This document shows, piece by piece, positions 50,099 to 60,312 of a DNA stretch of 64,000 nucleotides. Source of the DNA: Gemmatimonadaceae bacterium (GTDB lineage Bacteria; Gemmatimonadota; Gemmatimonadetes; Gemmatimonadales; Gemmatimonadaceae); contig JBHYGA010000006.1 in assembly GCA_051859245.1 (NCBI GenBank), positions 224,001-288,000 of the forward strand. The letters run 5' to 3'. Within the stretch, counting starts at the first letter, position 1; each line of letters starts with the position of its first letter. Under the pieces are notes generated by a model. It saw nothing but the letters and a program-made list of their open reading frames with translations. It was not told the origin of the DNA and ran no database searches. The position numbers were made by a program, and so were the translations under genes.

Positions 50099-50320
50099 TA
50101 CGATGTGATCCACGATGCGGGAAGGGCGCCGCGGATCAGCGCCCAATGTTCACCGTGCTGATTGCCGATCCGAGGTCAAATCGTCATACCACTGGCACGG
50201 CGCCGCGCGGTTCGCCATCGATCAGGCTTGGCGCGCGTTACAGAGCGGCACCTACTCGACTTTCACCCGAAACGCCTTACGGGCTTTCGGTGACGCGCAT
50301 TCTTCGATCATTCCGCACTC

Positions 50321-52189
50321 ATGTTGAGCCCTGCAGATATCGCTTCACGTCTCGAATCCGCCAGCTTTGTTTCCGGCTTTTCCGAGGCGTATCTCTGGCG
50401 CCTCGCACGCGCCGTCAAGTCGCGCACGCTGGCGGTTGAAGAAACGCTGTTCGAGGAGGGCGACAAGCGCACGCTCTTTGCAATTCTGCTGAGCGGCTCC
50501 GTCGCGGTGGAAAAGGCGCACGAAGGACGCATCACGCGTCTGGCTACGCTTGGCCCGGGCGAAGCTGTGGGCGAAGGCATTTTTCTCGACGACGAAGAGC
50601 ACGGCACCACGGCCCGCGCGATCATGCCGGCCGAGTTGCTGGTGATGACGCGCAATGATCTCGACACGCTGATCCGCGAACATCCGCAGCTGTACGCCGC
50701 GCTGGTGAATCGCGCCGCGCGCACCATTTCTGGTCGACTGCGCGCCGCCGACGCCACACTCGTTGGTCGCGGCCGAGCGCTCGGTTTTGGCGGACATCGC
50801 ACGCGCACTGAGAAGGATCTGCTCGGCGAACGCGAAGTACCGTTCGAAGCGCTCTATGGCGTGCAGACGTTGCGCGCGCTTGAAAACTTCCCGATCACGG
50901 GCATTCCCATTCGCGAAATGCCGGAACTGATTGACGGACTCGCCGCGGTCAAGGAAGCGGCCGCGCACGCCAATCATGAACTCGGTTTGCTGCCCACAGA
51001 GATCTACGAACCGATTGTGAAGGCCGCGCGTGAAATTCGTGCCGGCCGTCATCATGAACAGTTTCTGGTTGACGTCATTCAGGGTGGTGCAGGCACGTCC
51101 ACCAACATGAACGCCAATGAGGTGATTGCGAATCGTGCGCTTGAACTCACGAATCGCCAGCGCGGTGACTACCACGCAATCTCGCCGAACAGTCATGTCA
51201 ACCTGAGTCAGTCCACCAACGACGTGTATCCAACGGCCGTCAAGCTCGGCATGTACACGTCGATGGGCGAATACCAGAAAGAACTCTCGCTGCTCGCCGA
51301 CGCGTTTCTGGCCAAGGGCAAAGAGTTTGCGCCGTACATCAAGATGGGGCGCACGCAAATGCAGGACGCGGTACCGATGACACTCGGACAGGAGTTCACC
51401 GCGTACGGCAATACGCTCAAGGAAGATGTCGATCGCATTCACGAAGCGCGTCAACTGATTCGTGAAATCAATCTTGGTGCAACTGCGATTGGTACGGGTA
51501 TCACGGCGAGTCCTGAATACACCGCGTCGGTGTGTCGTCACCTGAGTGAAATCACGGGCATCAGTCTCATTACGGCGCCCGACCTGGTCGAGGCAACGAG
51601 TGATACCGGCGCGTTTGTTCAGCTCTCCGGCGTACTCAAGCGCACCGCGACCAAGTTGTCCAAGATCTGCAACGACCTTCGCCTGCTCTCATCCGGACCA
51701 CGCGCAGGTTTTGGTGAGATCAATCTGCCCGCCGTTCAGCCGGGTTCGTCGATCATGCCGGGCAAGGTGAATCCGGTCATTCCAGAAGTTGTAAATCAGG
51801 TCTGTTTTGATGTGATCGGCGCCGACGTCACAGTCACGCTCGCCGCCGAAGCCGGACAGCTGCAGCTCAACGCGTTCGAGCCGATCATCACGTATCGCCT
51901 CATGCGTTCGCTGCTGTCACTGCGCAATGCGTGCATCACGTTGCGTGAACGCTGTGTGGTGGGCATCACCGCCAATCCGGATCGCATGCGGTACTTCGTT
52001 GAACATTCGGTTGGCATTGTCACGGCACTCGTGCCGATACTCGGCTATGAAGTCGCCACTGAGATTGCCAAATCGGCGTACGAAAATGATCGGGGAGTGT
52101 TCGAGATTGTGCTTGAGCGTGGTCTGCTCACGCGCGAACAGCTCGATGACATTCTGAATCCTGCTTCCATGACCCGCACGAGTAGCTGA
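50321..52189 (+). CDS. aspA: Aspartate ammonia-lyase with N-terminal cNMP-binding domain
   Basis: QGGAGTSTNMN, SQSTND, KMGRTQMQDAVP, GSSIMPGKVNP; N-terminal LFEEGD..LSGSV..LGPGEAVGE. Confidence 0.92.
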   Translation: MLSPADIASRLESASFVSGFSEAYLWRLARAVKSRTLAVEETLFEEGDKRTLFAILLSGSVAVEKAHEGRITRLATLGPGEAVGEGIFLDDEEHGTTARAIMPAELLVMTRNDLDTLIREHPQLYAALVNRAARTISGRLRAADATLVGRGRALGFGGHRTRTEKDLLGEREVPFEALYGVQTLRALENFPITGIPIREMPELIDGLAAVKEAAAHANHELGLLPTEIYEPIVKAAREIRAGRHHEQFLVDVIQGGAGTSTNMNANEVIANRALELTNRQRGDYHAISPNSHVNLSQSTNDVYPTAVKLGMYTSMGEYQKELSLLADAFLAKGKEFAPYIKMGRTQMQDAVPMTLGQEFTAYGNTLKEDVDRIHEARQLIREINLGATAIGTGITASPEYTASVCRHLSEITGISLITAPDLVEATSDTGAFVQLSGVLKRTATKLSKICNDLRLLSSGPRAGFGEINLPAVQPGSSIMPGKVNPVIPEVVNQVCFDVIGADVTVTLAAEAGQLQLNAFEPIITYRLMRSLLSLRNACITLRERCVVGITANPDRMRYFVEHSVGIVTALVPILGYEVATEIAKSAYENDRGVFEIVLERGLLTREQLDDILNPASMTRTSS

Positions 52190-52194
52190 TTTCT

Positions 52195-55100
52195 ATGTTG
52201 AAGTGTTTCCAGCGCCCCGCGCTGCGCGCGTCGTTTGCCTTGGTCGCGCTGCTCGGTTTCGCACAAGGTTGTGGTGGTGGCGGAGACGGTGAAGGCGGCA
52301 CGGGCGTGCCCACACCGGTTCCCTCGTCGATCACGCTGTCGACGTCTGCGGTCACGATCAATGTGATTGACGGCACGAGCACGGCCTCCGCCGTTGTGCG
52401 CGATGCATCGGGGGCCACGATTCCGGGCGCCTCGGTGAGCTGGAGCAGTGACACGCCCGACGTGGCCAGTGTGGCCGCGAGCGGTGCGTCGGCAACGATC
52501 ACGGCCCGCAATCGCGGCGTGGCGCTGATCACGGTGCGCAGCGGAACCGTTACGTCTAGTGTGACGGTGCTTGTGCGTACCGCGTTCGCGGTCACGGTGT
52601 CGCCGCCCGATGGGGCGATTCGTGTGGGCAATTCGCTGCCGCTGCTCGCCACGGTCAGCGCGGATGATGGCGCCGCCAGATCGGTGACGTGGACAAGCAG
52701 CGCCCCAACAATTGCGAGTGTGACGTCGCAAGGCGTTGTGACGGGTATTGCGGCTGGCACCGCCACCATCAGTGCTCGCAGCACCAGCGATCCGCGCGTG
52801 ACCGCATCGGCCACGATCACCGTCGCGCCGCCGCGCAGCATTGTGGTGACGCCATCCGAAAAGAACGTGGGTCGCAACGAATCCATTGCGCTGACGGCGC
52901 AGGTGTTTGTTGATCCCGGCATGTCGAGTGCCATCACGTGGCGCACCAACCGGCCGCTTATTGCCACGGTCACACAGCAGGGTGTCGTGACCGGCGTGAC
53001 AGACGGCGACGCTACAATCACCGCCGTGTCGGTCGCGGATACCACACTGCGCGCATCGGCGCTGGTCCGGGTGCTGAATGTGGTGCGCAGCATTAGCCTG
53101 GCGCCTACGAGTGCGACACTGCAGGTTGGACAAACGCGTGAGTTTGCCGCAACGATCGTGGCCGACCAGGGCGTATCGAGAGCGCTTGCGTGGACATCGA
53201 GCAATCCCGCAGTCGCCACCGTGAATGCGCAGGGTGTCGCCACCGCGGTAGGCGTTGGCAACGCGGTCGTGCGTGCGCGTGCTGTTGCCGATAGCACGCG
53301 CGAAGGCACAGCTACCATCAGCGTGGTTGCGCGTCCGGTTGAGCTCACACTGGCCACGCGTTCGGTTGGCTTGATCATTGGCGGCAGCACCACCATTGCC
53401 ACCACCGTGACTGGGGATCCTGGCATCTCCACGGCGGTTCGCTGGAGCAGTCGCAACAGTGCGGTTGCCACGGTGAACGATCAGGGCGCGGTGTCGGCCG
53501 TGAGCAGTGGCAACACGTATCTCGTTGCAGAAGCCGTTGCCGATATCACCAAACGCGACTCCGTGCGCGTGAACGTGGTGCCGCGTCTCGCGAATGCGTG
53601 GACTTCATCGCGTCTTGGTGGTCCACTCATTGAAGACATTGTGTCGATCTGGGCGCCGAGTGGCTCGCTGGCGTACGCCGTGAACTCACTGGGTGATGTG
53701 TTTCGCTGGAACGGTTCTGCGTGGGCGATTTCAGCGCGCGGTGCACAATTCAATACACTGTTCAGCGCAGTGCATGGTGCCACAGAGAACGCGATTACCG
53801 CGGTAGGCTCAAACGGGGTGATTGTTCGTTTCGATGGAACGAACTGGACGGCCATGACCTCTGGTACCACAGCCGCACTCACGAATGTGTGGATGCAAAG
53901 CGCCGATACCGCATGGGCGGTTGGTGCGGCGGGCACCGCGCTGCGTTTCGTGAATGGTGCGTGGACGCAAAGCGCCACCAACACCACCGCGCGACTGCGA
54001 GCGGTCTCCGCGGCAGGCAACTCGGTATTTGCGGTAGGCGACGGTGGCACGATTCGCCGCTGGTTGTCGGGCAGCTGGCAACCGATTGAATCTGGCACGT
54101 CCGAAGTGCTGCACGATGTGTGGGTATCTGCTGACGGTGGCAGCAACATCATTGTGGTTGGCGACTTCGGTACGATTCTGCGCTGGAACGGATCCGTCTT
54201 CCGCAGTGAAGCAAGCAGCACGAGCGGTTCACTGTTCAGCATTACGGGCAACGCGGCTGGTGTGCTCTTCGCAACCGGTGACGGTGTGGCGTTGCGCTTT
54301 ACCAACGGTGTCTGGGTGGACCAGTCCGTGCCGTACCGCACGCGCTTTGGTTCGAACTGGATTGACGAATCGAGTCGACTGTGGGTTGGTGGTCAGCGCG
54401 GGTTGCTGATGACCACCACCGCGCCGAATGTGTGGTCAACACTCAGTCTCACACCCGACTTGCTCGACGTGTGGAGCTCGAGTGCAACGCACGCGATCAC
54501 CGTGGGTGAACTCGGTTTCATTTTCCATTACAACGGTGCCGAGTGGACGCGTCGCGTAGCACCGACACTTGAGCGATTGAACACCGTATGGGCGGCGTCC
54601 TCAACGCTGGCGTTTGCAGCCGGCGACAATGGTGTGCTGATCCGATGGAACGGTACTGCGTGGACGGAACAAGACTCACCAACCAGCGATCACATTTACG
54701 CCATGTGGGGCGCATCACCGAATGCTGTGTGGGCGGTGAGTGACGGCGGCGAAATCCTGTTCTGGAACGGTACCGCGTGGACCGTTGCGCTGGCACAGTC
54801 GGAACCGCTGTACGGTATTCACGGCGACAGCGAACAAAGTGTGTACGCTGTGGGACTGTCGGGCACCGTGCTGTACTGGAACGGCAATACGTGGAACCGT
54901 CGTGACGCGGGCACCAACAACGTACTGGTCGGCGTGTGGGGCGAAGACGCAACGCATGCGGTTGCGGTTGGCGCGCGCGACTTTTCATCAGGCGTCACGC
55001 TCCGCTACAACGGCACCTGGTCAGAAGTAAGCGTTGGCACGTCGCGCATTCTGAGTGCGGTGTGGGGAGTGGTGCCGTTCGATCTCTACGCCGTCGGGGA

Positions 55101-55398
55101 TCTGGGCGCGATTGTTCGCTATAACGGTACAAGTTGGAGTACGATGACCTCGGGCACGACTGAGTTCCTGTGGGCGGTAACGGGCGCACCGGATGCATCG
55201 GGCGCCGGCTTCGCGGTCGGCCTCAACGGCGTGATGCTGCAGGCACAGCCATCGGCGTCTGCGAGTGTGTCGAACACGCGCGCCGGCGTGTTGCGCAACG
55301 CCCGTCAGAATCTCGCGCCAGCGCGAGGCGCGACGCGCACATCACGCGGCGCACTTCCGGCGGCTGCAGCACGCAAACGCGGAATGCGCCAGCGTTAA
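52195..55398 (+). CDS. Lipoprotein with Big_2 repeats and C-terminal beta-propeller repeats
   Basis: AQGC lipobox; about five Ig-like units, then many VW...AVG..G.I.RWNG..W blades. Confidence 0.85.
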   Translation: MLKCFQRPALRASFALVALLGFAQGCGGGGDGEGGTGVPTPVPSSITLSTSAVTINVIDGTSTASAVVRDASGATIPGASVSWSSDTPDVASVAASGASATITARNRGVALITVRSGTVTSSVTVLVRTAFAVTVSPPDGAIRVGNSLPLLATVSADDGAARSVTWTSSAPTIASVTSQGVVTGIAAGTATISARSTSDPRVTASATITVAPPRSIVVTPSEKNVGRNESIALTAQVFVDPGMSSAITWRTNRPLIATVTQQGVVTGVTDGDATITAVSVADTTLRASALVRVLNVVRSISLAPTSATLQVGQTREFAATIVADQGVSRALAWTSSNPAVATVNAQGVATAVGVGNAVVRARAVADSTREGTATISVVARPVELTLATRSVGLIIGGSTTIATTVTGDPGISTAVRWSSRNSAVATVNDQGAVSAVSSGNTYLVAEAVADITKRDSVRVNVVPRLANAWTSSRLGGPLIEDIVSIWAPSGSLAYAVNSLGDVFRWNGSAWAISARGAQFNTLFSAVHGATENAITAVGSNGVIVRFDGTNWTAMTSGTTAALTNVWMQSADTAWAVGAAGTALRFVNGAWTQSATNTTARLRAVSAAGNSVFAVGDGGTIRRWLSGSWQPIESGTSEVLHDVWVSADGGSNIIVVGDFGTILRWNGSVFRSEASSTSGSLFSITGNAAGVLFATGDGVALRFTNGVWVDQSVPYRTRFGSNWIDESSRLWVGGQRGLLMTTTAPNVWSTLSLTPDLLDVWSSSATHAITVGELGFIFHYNGAEWTRRVAPTLERLNTVWAASSTLAFAAGDNGVLIRWNGTAWTEQDSPTSDHIYAMWGASPNAVWAVSDGGEILFWNGTAWTVALAQSEPLYGIHGDSEQSVYAVGLSGTVLYWNGNTWNRRDAGTNNVLVGVWGEDATHAVAVGARDFSSGVTLRYNGTWSEVSVGTSRILSAVWGVVPFDLYAVGDLGAIVRYNGTSWSTMTSGTTEFLWAVTGAPDASGAGFAVGLNGVMLQAQPSASASVSNTRAGVLRNARQNLAPARGATRTSRGALPAAAARKRGMRQR

Positions 55399-55508
55399 CG
55401 CTGGCGGTGGGTGTGCCAGCCGTGCAGTTCAGAACTCGTGTTCATATTCGATCTCCGCTCCGCACCCAGCATCCCAGCGAGCCGCTACTCGCGCTTGCAC
55501 CGCCGGTC

Positions 55509-55635
55509 GGCGCGGGGGCGCGGGCTGGGGGCGCGACGCGCTGTCGGTCGGCCAGCGCCGGGCGGGCAACGCCCGCTCCCGGCGCGCCCGGGCCGGCCGT
55601 GAGCGCGGAGTCCCCCCAGCCCGCGCCCCCGCGCC
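55509..55635 (-). repeat. Dispersed hairpin element copy B
   Basis: Same core on the minus strand (55537-55600); perfect 23-bp outer stem 55509-55531/55613-55635. Confidence 0.85.
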
Positions 55636-55650
55636 CACACCAAAGAGAGT

Positions 55651-57276
55651 TCAGCGCGAGAAGGACGCGAGCGTCGGCCCCATGGCGTCGATCGTTTCGC
55701 GCGCGTTCCATCGATCCGCGCCGTTGTACAGGAACGCAAACGCGAGGATCTCACCATTCTCGGCGGTCACGTAGCCCGAGAGCGAGATCACATCATTCGT
55801 GGTGCCCGTTTTCGCGTGCAGGTTGCCCTGCGCCGAGGTACCGCGCATGCGTGTGCGCAGTGTTTCCGACTCGCCGGCCACCGGCAACGATCCGTGAAAC
55901 ACGCTCGACCATGACGCACCGTGCGCGTAACTCATGAGCTGCACGAGAGCACGCGGTGTCACGCGATCAAGCACCGACAGACCGCTGCCATCGGTGGCCG
56001 TGATCGCATTCGGCGAGATGCCCATGCGCGACACTGCGAACTCGCGAAGCTGCGAGTACGCGTTGTCTGCAGACCCTTCCTGATCGCGCAGCGGACCGCG
56101 GGCCGCCCCACGAAAAATCTGCTCGGCGTACAGGTTGATGCTTTCGCGATTCATCACCGACACCAGTCGCGATAAGGGCGGCGACGGCATGGAGGTCACG
56201 AGCAACGAACCCTCGGGCGTGCGTCCCACCTTGATGGCACCGGCGACCTCAATGCCCTGAGCGCGCAACGCTTCGCGGAACGCACCGGCGGTGAACGTGA
56301 CAGGATCCGCAACCACCAGCTGCACGCGATACGGTGCTGCGTTCACGCCAATCGTGCCAGTCACCACCACTTGGGATTCGCCAATCATGCGCACCGACAG
56401 TCTGGTGCTGCGCCCTGGGACCACGCGAACACTCGACACCGTTTTCAGCGCGCTCGATGCGGGCTCCAGCCGCACCTCGGCGCCGCCCTTTTGCGGATAC
56501 ACACCCACGATCACGATGTTTTCGTTGAGCGACAACGCACTGAACGGCGCCGCGTACGACGCGCCAGCGTACCGGGTGAGCCAGCCTTCGGGAATGCGTC
56601 GGCCTTCCATGCCACTCGCGTCGGCAATCAGATCACCGTCGATTCTTTTAACGCCCGCACCGGCCACAAAGCGCGCCAGCATGTCCATGGGCGCGTCGGG
56701 GCCACCGCGCACGAATCGTGGCGACAAACCCGGATCACCATCGCCGCGCAGAATCAGATTGCCGTGCACCACACCGTCTGGTCCCAACGCACCATCGCGC
56801 AGCACATCGGTGGAAAACGCGAAATCGGGGCCCAGCCGTTCAAGCGCCAGCGCGGCGGTGAACGTTTTCATGGTGGAAGCCGGCACCATGGGCGTGTCGG
56901 CCGACTGCTTGAACAGCGTGTCACCACGCGTGAGCGAAACAACCATCACGCCCCACTGCCCATTTCGCGTTTTCGCGCCGAGCATGCTCGACAGATCTGA
57001 CGAAAGCGCCGAAGCGCCGACCGGCGACGTTGCCTTGAGGACCACCGGCGCTTTGCGCGCGCTAACTGGTGTGGCCTTGGGTCTTTTCGCGGGCGCGGGG
57101 CGACGCGTTGTTTGCTGCAACGCGGGCATCACACGATGCAGCGGCGATGTTTCGCTCGCGTGCGAACTCGTGGGGGCCACCAGCAGTGCGGCAAGCGCCA
57201 CAAATGTGGGACCAATCGAAGACAGCGCGCGAAACGCGGGCCGCGAGCGAGACAAATAATCGCTGCGTGGATTCAT
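55651..57276 (-). CDS. dacB: D-Ala-D-Ala carboxypeptidase/endopeptidase PBP4 (S13)
   Basis: PASTMK (SxxK), SIN (SxN), DGSGLS, KTGT. Confidence 0.93.
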   Translation of the reverse strand: MNPRSDYLSRSRPAFRALSSIGPTFVALAALLVAPTSSHASETSPLHRVMPALQQTTRRPAPAKRPKATPVSARKAPVVLKATSPVGASALSSDLSSMLGAKTRNGQWGVMVVSLTRGDTLFKQSADTPMVPASTMKTFTAALALERLGPDFAFSTDVLRDGALGPDGVVHGNLILRGDGDPGLSPRFVRGGPDAPMDMLARFVAGAGVKRIDGDLIADASGMEGRRIPEGWLTRYAGASYAAPFSALSLNENIVIVGVYPQKGGAEVRLEPASSALKTVSSVRVVPGRSTRLSVRMIGESQVVVTGTIGVNAAPYRVQLVVADPVTFTAGAFREALRAQGIEVAGAIKVGRTPEGSLLVTSMPSPPLSRLVSVMNRESINLYAEQIFRGAARGPLRDQEGSADNAYSQLREFAVSRMGISPNAITATDGSGLSVLDRVTPRALVQLMSYAHGASWSSVFHGSLPVAGESETLRTRMRGTSAQGNLHAKTGTTNDVISLSGYVTAENGEILAFAFLYNGADRWNARETIDAMGPTLASFSR

Positions 57277-57341
57277 GAACCAGGACGTGAGGGAACGTTG
57301 CGTCGTGCTACACTCAAAGTGTCGACACGTGCCGCACCACG

Positions 57342-58595
57342 CTACAGCTTGACCACGATTCCTCGTTTGTGCATCAACGACAAGATACCGTACCAAAGCA
57401 CGACGAAGGCAATCGCAAAGAGCAACGAAGCGTTCTTGGGCGCGAACCACGGCGCAAACACCTCGCGATAGATAAATGCCTGCAGCGACGTGCGACCGGT
57501 TTCTGTCTCCCACACAATCATGCCGCCAATGAGTCGCGCCATCAGCCCCGAACCCAGAAAGGCGACGAGCGGGTTGATGCCGTACACCACAAAAAACCGA
57601 GTCCAGCCGCGAATACCGAGTCCATCAATGAGCCAGAGGCAGGTCGCAAGCATCACGGACGCCATGCCACCGGCCAACAGTACGTAAGAGCTTGTCCACA
57701 GCCCTTTGTTAATGGGGAACACCCAACCCCAGCATGTGCCCACCACCATGAGAATCGCGCCCACCGCGAACATGGCCGCCAGACGATCGCCAAGCGCGCG
57801 CTCTCGCTGGGCCAACCACGCGCCGGTGAGTGCGCCGAGCAACACGGTCCCCACAGCGGGCAACGTGGAGAGCAGCCCTTCCGGGTCCCACGTTTTGGTG
57901 CCCGAATACAAATGCGCTTCACCGAGGACCGCACGATCCACCCACGCGCTCAGCACGAGTCCGGGTTCGTCGAGCAATGCGGCGCCGATCTGTCCAGTGC
58001 CCGGCACCGGTACCAGCGTCATCAGCGCCCAGTAGCCGAGCAGAATGCACGCGGTGAGCACAATCTGCGCCCGCCACGCGAAACGCAGTGTGAGCAATCC
58101 ACCAATCGTGTACGCCAGGCCGATGCGCTGCAGCACGCCGAGGATTCGCAGATGTTCGATGCGGTAGATCACACGATCCATGAAACTCGGATCAGCAACG
58201 TCAGGAATCGCCGTGTACGTCCATCCGGGAAACCACGAGAGAAACAGGCCGCAGAGAAAAATCAGCAGGCCACGGCGGAGCACCTGTCGCACGAGCATGG
58301 CATCGCTGTCACCGCGCGCACGTCGACTTTGCAGTGACAGATGCGTGGTGATGCCAACAATGAACAGAAAAAACGGAAAGATGAGATCCGTGGGTGTCCA
58401 TCCGTGCCACGCCGCGTGCGCGAGTGGCGGATGAATTGCACCCCACGTGCCGGGGTTGTTGACGAGCAACATGCCGGCCACGGTAATGCCGCGAAATACA
58501 TCGAGCGCGAGCAATCGCTCCGTTGTATTGGCGCGCGGCGCAACCGGATTCGGTCGCGACGCCGGCACTATTTCAGGCTGCGCAACCGCGCTCAC
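57342..58595 (-). CDS. HGSNAT/NagX-like membrane acyltransferase
   Basis: RLLALDVFRG, LVNNPG, WHGWTPTDLIFPFF, GVLQRIG, DPEGLLS, INKGLWTSSY. Confidence 0.9.
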   Translation of the reverse strand: MSAVAQPEIVPASRPNPVAPRANTTERLLALDVFRGITVAGMLLVNNPGTWGAIHPPLAHAAWHGWTPTDLIFPFFLFIVGITTHLSLQSRRARGDSDAMLVRQVLRRGLLIFLCGLFLSWFPGWTYTAIPDVADPSFMDRVIYRIEHLRILGVLQRIGLAYTIGGLLTLRFAWRAQIVLTACILLGYWALMTLVPVPGTGQIGAALLDEPGLVLSAWVDRAVLGEAHLYSGTKTWDPEGLLSTLPAVGTVLLGALTGAWLAQRERALGDRLAAMFAVGAILMVVGTCWGWVFPINKGLWTSSYVLLAGGMASVMLATCLWLIDGLGIRGWTRFFVVYGINPLVAFLGSGLMARLIGGMIVWETETGRTSLQAFIYREVFAPWFAPKNASLLFAIAFVVLWYGILSLMHKRGIVVKL

Positions 58596-59125
58596 GCGCC
58601 TCCCGTGCTGTCCATGACCCACGTGGCCACCGAGTCGACCTGACAGCGAATGGTGTATCGACGTTCGGGGCTCTCCCGTCCGTCATGTGGACGTCCCACG
58701 TAGCGTCCGCCCACGCGCACCACCGTGGTGCCAGCGCCGTTGTCCGTCAGCTCGCGCACGAGCACGAGCATGTTCGGCCATTCACCACCACTCTCCAGCT
58801 TATCGCGAATCTGCTGCTGATTTTTTTCGTTCGGCAGCCAGTAAAACGTGGGTCCCTTTTCTTTCACGACCGCTTCGGCGGCTGGTGGCAGCGCGGAATC
58901 GGTCGTGGCTGCATTCAAAAAACGCAGCGGCTTCGGATCAGCCGTGGTGATGTAGTCGAGCACCGCGATCGCCACCGGCGACGGCGTGAGACTGGTGCAC
59001 GCCGTCGCGGGATCGAGTTGTACCACTTCGCTGGCGCGATCCGCCGTTCCTGCACCGCCACCACACGCCGCACCGAGCATCAGAAGTGAAAGTGACGCGG
59101 TGCGAAGGGAACGAAGGACGGTCAT
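58592..59125 (-). CDS. Hypothetical lipoprotein
   Basis: Lipobox GAAC; GTGA overlap with the downstream gene. Confidence 0.7.
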   Translation of the reverse strand: MTVLRSLRTASLSLLMLGAACGGGAGTADRASEVVQLDPATACTSLTPSPVAIAVLDYITTADPKPLRFLNAATTDSALPPAAEAVVKEKGPTFYWLPNEKNQQQIRDKLESGGEWPNMLVLVRELTDNGAGTTVVRVGGRYVGRPHDGRESPERRYTIRCQVDSVATWVMDSTGGA

Positions 59126-59375
59126 GGTGGGGTATCAGAGGGGAGAACGACGATCCTGTTTCGGCCGGTGTGTATCCGGAAACGCGATGTCCGTTAGCCG
59201 CGTTGACACAGATGGCTGAGTGAATCTGATGAGCGGAGCGTCAATCGCGCCACTTCTCACGATTTGGCTCTGGCGCAAAGCCTGTACAGTCTGAACATTC
59301 GAGCATCCCACCTCGCGCGTGAACGGCATCGCCCCCGCGCACCCTCCGCAAGCCATTCCACGAGGAACGACCTGC

Positions 59376-59870
59376 ATGCCCATGGATCGAAACACGGTCA
59401 TCCGCGAAGGCGTCTCCGCCGGTCTGATCGGCGCCACCGCCATTGCGATCTGGTTTGGAATTCTTGACGCCATTGCCGGCAGCCTCCTGGCCACGCCGAT
59501 CATGCTGGGCTCGTCACTGGCCTCGGTTTTTCAGGGGGTGGGCGCACCGAGTGCCCCCGCGTCCTTCTTGCTGTACACGGTCTTCCACTTCGCCCTCTTC
59601 GTCGGCATCGGTCTGCTGTTCGCCTGGGTGGTGAGCAAGGCCGAAGAGACCCCGTCGGCGCTGATCGGCTTTATCGGCCTCTTCATCGTGTTCGAGGTCG
59701 GCTGGGTGGGTTGGACGTCGGTGCTCTCGCAGGGTTTTGGCCAGCTGACGTGGCTGCAGGTGTTCATTGCAAACCTGATCGGTGCCGCGTCCATGGGTTA
59801 CTACATGTACCGCCAGCACCCGGCGCTCCCGGGTCGCGTGGGTCAGGTGCTTGCTGGGGCCGACTCGTAA
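59376..59870 (+). CDS. Hypothetical four-TM membrane protein
   Basis: Four hydrophobic segments, YTVFH, GAGG RBS. Confidence 0.7.
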   Translation: MPMDRNTVIREGVSAGLIGATAIAIWFGILDAIAGSLLATPIMLGSSLASVFQGVGAPSAPASFLLYTVFHFALFVGIGLLFAWVVSKAEETPSALIGFIGLFIVFEVGWVGWTSVLSQGFGQLTWLQVFIANLIGAASMGYYMYRQHPALPGRVGQVLAGADS

Positions 59871-59917
59871 CCGCTTTGGATCTGCTCGCTGGTTAGAGCT
59901 GGGGTGCTGGAAGTCCC

Positions 59918-60037
59918 GGCCCCGGTCGGGTGCCCCCTCTTCGCGCCCCCTGCCGGCCGGGCGCGCCGTGAGCGGGCGGAGCGCCCGCCCGGCGCTGGCC
60001 GACAGAAGGCGCGGCGCGGGGGCACCCGACCAGGGCC
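59918..60037 (+). repeat. Dispersed hairpin element copy C
   Basis: Core 59951-60013; outer stem GGTCGGGTGCCCCC/GGGGGCACCCGACC. Confidence 0.85.
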
Positions 60038-60176
60038 TGCGTTTGCGCGGGGGCTGCGGGCAGCGACAAGACCACGAAGGTAAGTAGCTCCCGCCGCGCA
60101 GCGGGTCCGACCTCAAGTCCGGCGCGCGCGCCGGGTTCGGCACCACACTCCGCTGGCACTAGCGCTTCCCCAAGGA

Positions 60177-60280
60177 CCGGGAGCCCGTCCGCCGCGCCTT
60201 CTGCAGGCCAGCGCCGGGCGGGCGCCCCGCCCGCTCCCGGCGCGCCCGGCCGGCAGTGGGCGCGAAGGACGGGTTCCCGG
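60177..60280 (-). repeat. Dispersed hairpin element copy D (inverted relative to C)
   Basis: Core 60193-60255 on the minus strand; outer stem CCGGGAGCCCGTCC/GGACGGGTTCCCGG. Confidence 0.85.
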
Positions 60281-60312
60281 GCCGCCGGCCGAGCACCCAC
60301 AAGGGCGCAGCG

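Noticed and set aside
52128..53471. Long antisense ORFs (e.g. 447 aa opposite the Big_2 protein, 398 aa opposite aspA)
   Set aside because: Shadow ORFs expected from high-GC codon bias; the opposite strands carry clear family motifs
59175..59237. Hammerhead ribozyme-like arrangement (GAAAC..GTT..CTGATGAG)
   Set aside because: Core words and a stem III are present, but the G10.1-C11.1 pair is missing and stem I does not pair next to the cleavage site; likely chance
60033..60108. SRP RNA-like hairpin (CAAGACCACGAAGGTAAGTAGC)
   Set aside because: Only loosely resembles helix 8, has no GNRA tetraloop or intact symmetric loop, and overlaps the stem of repeat copy C
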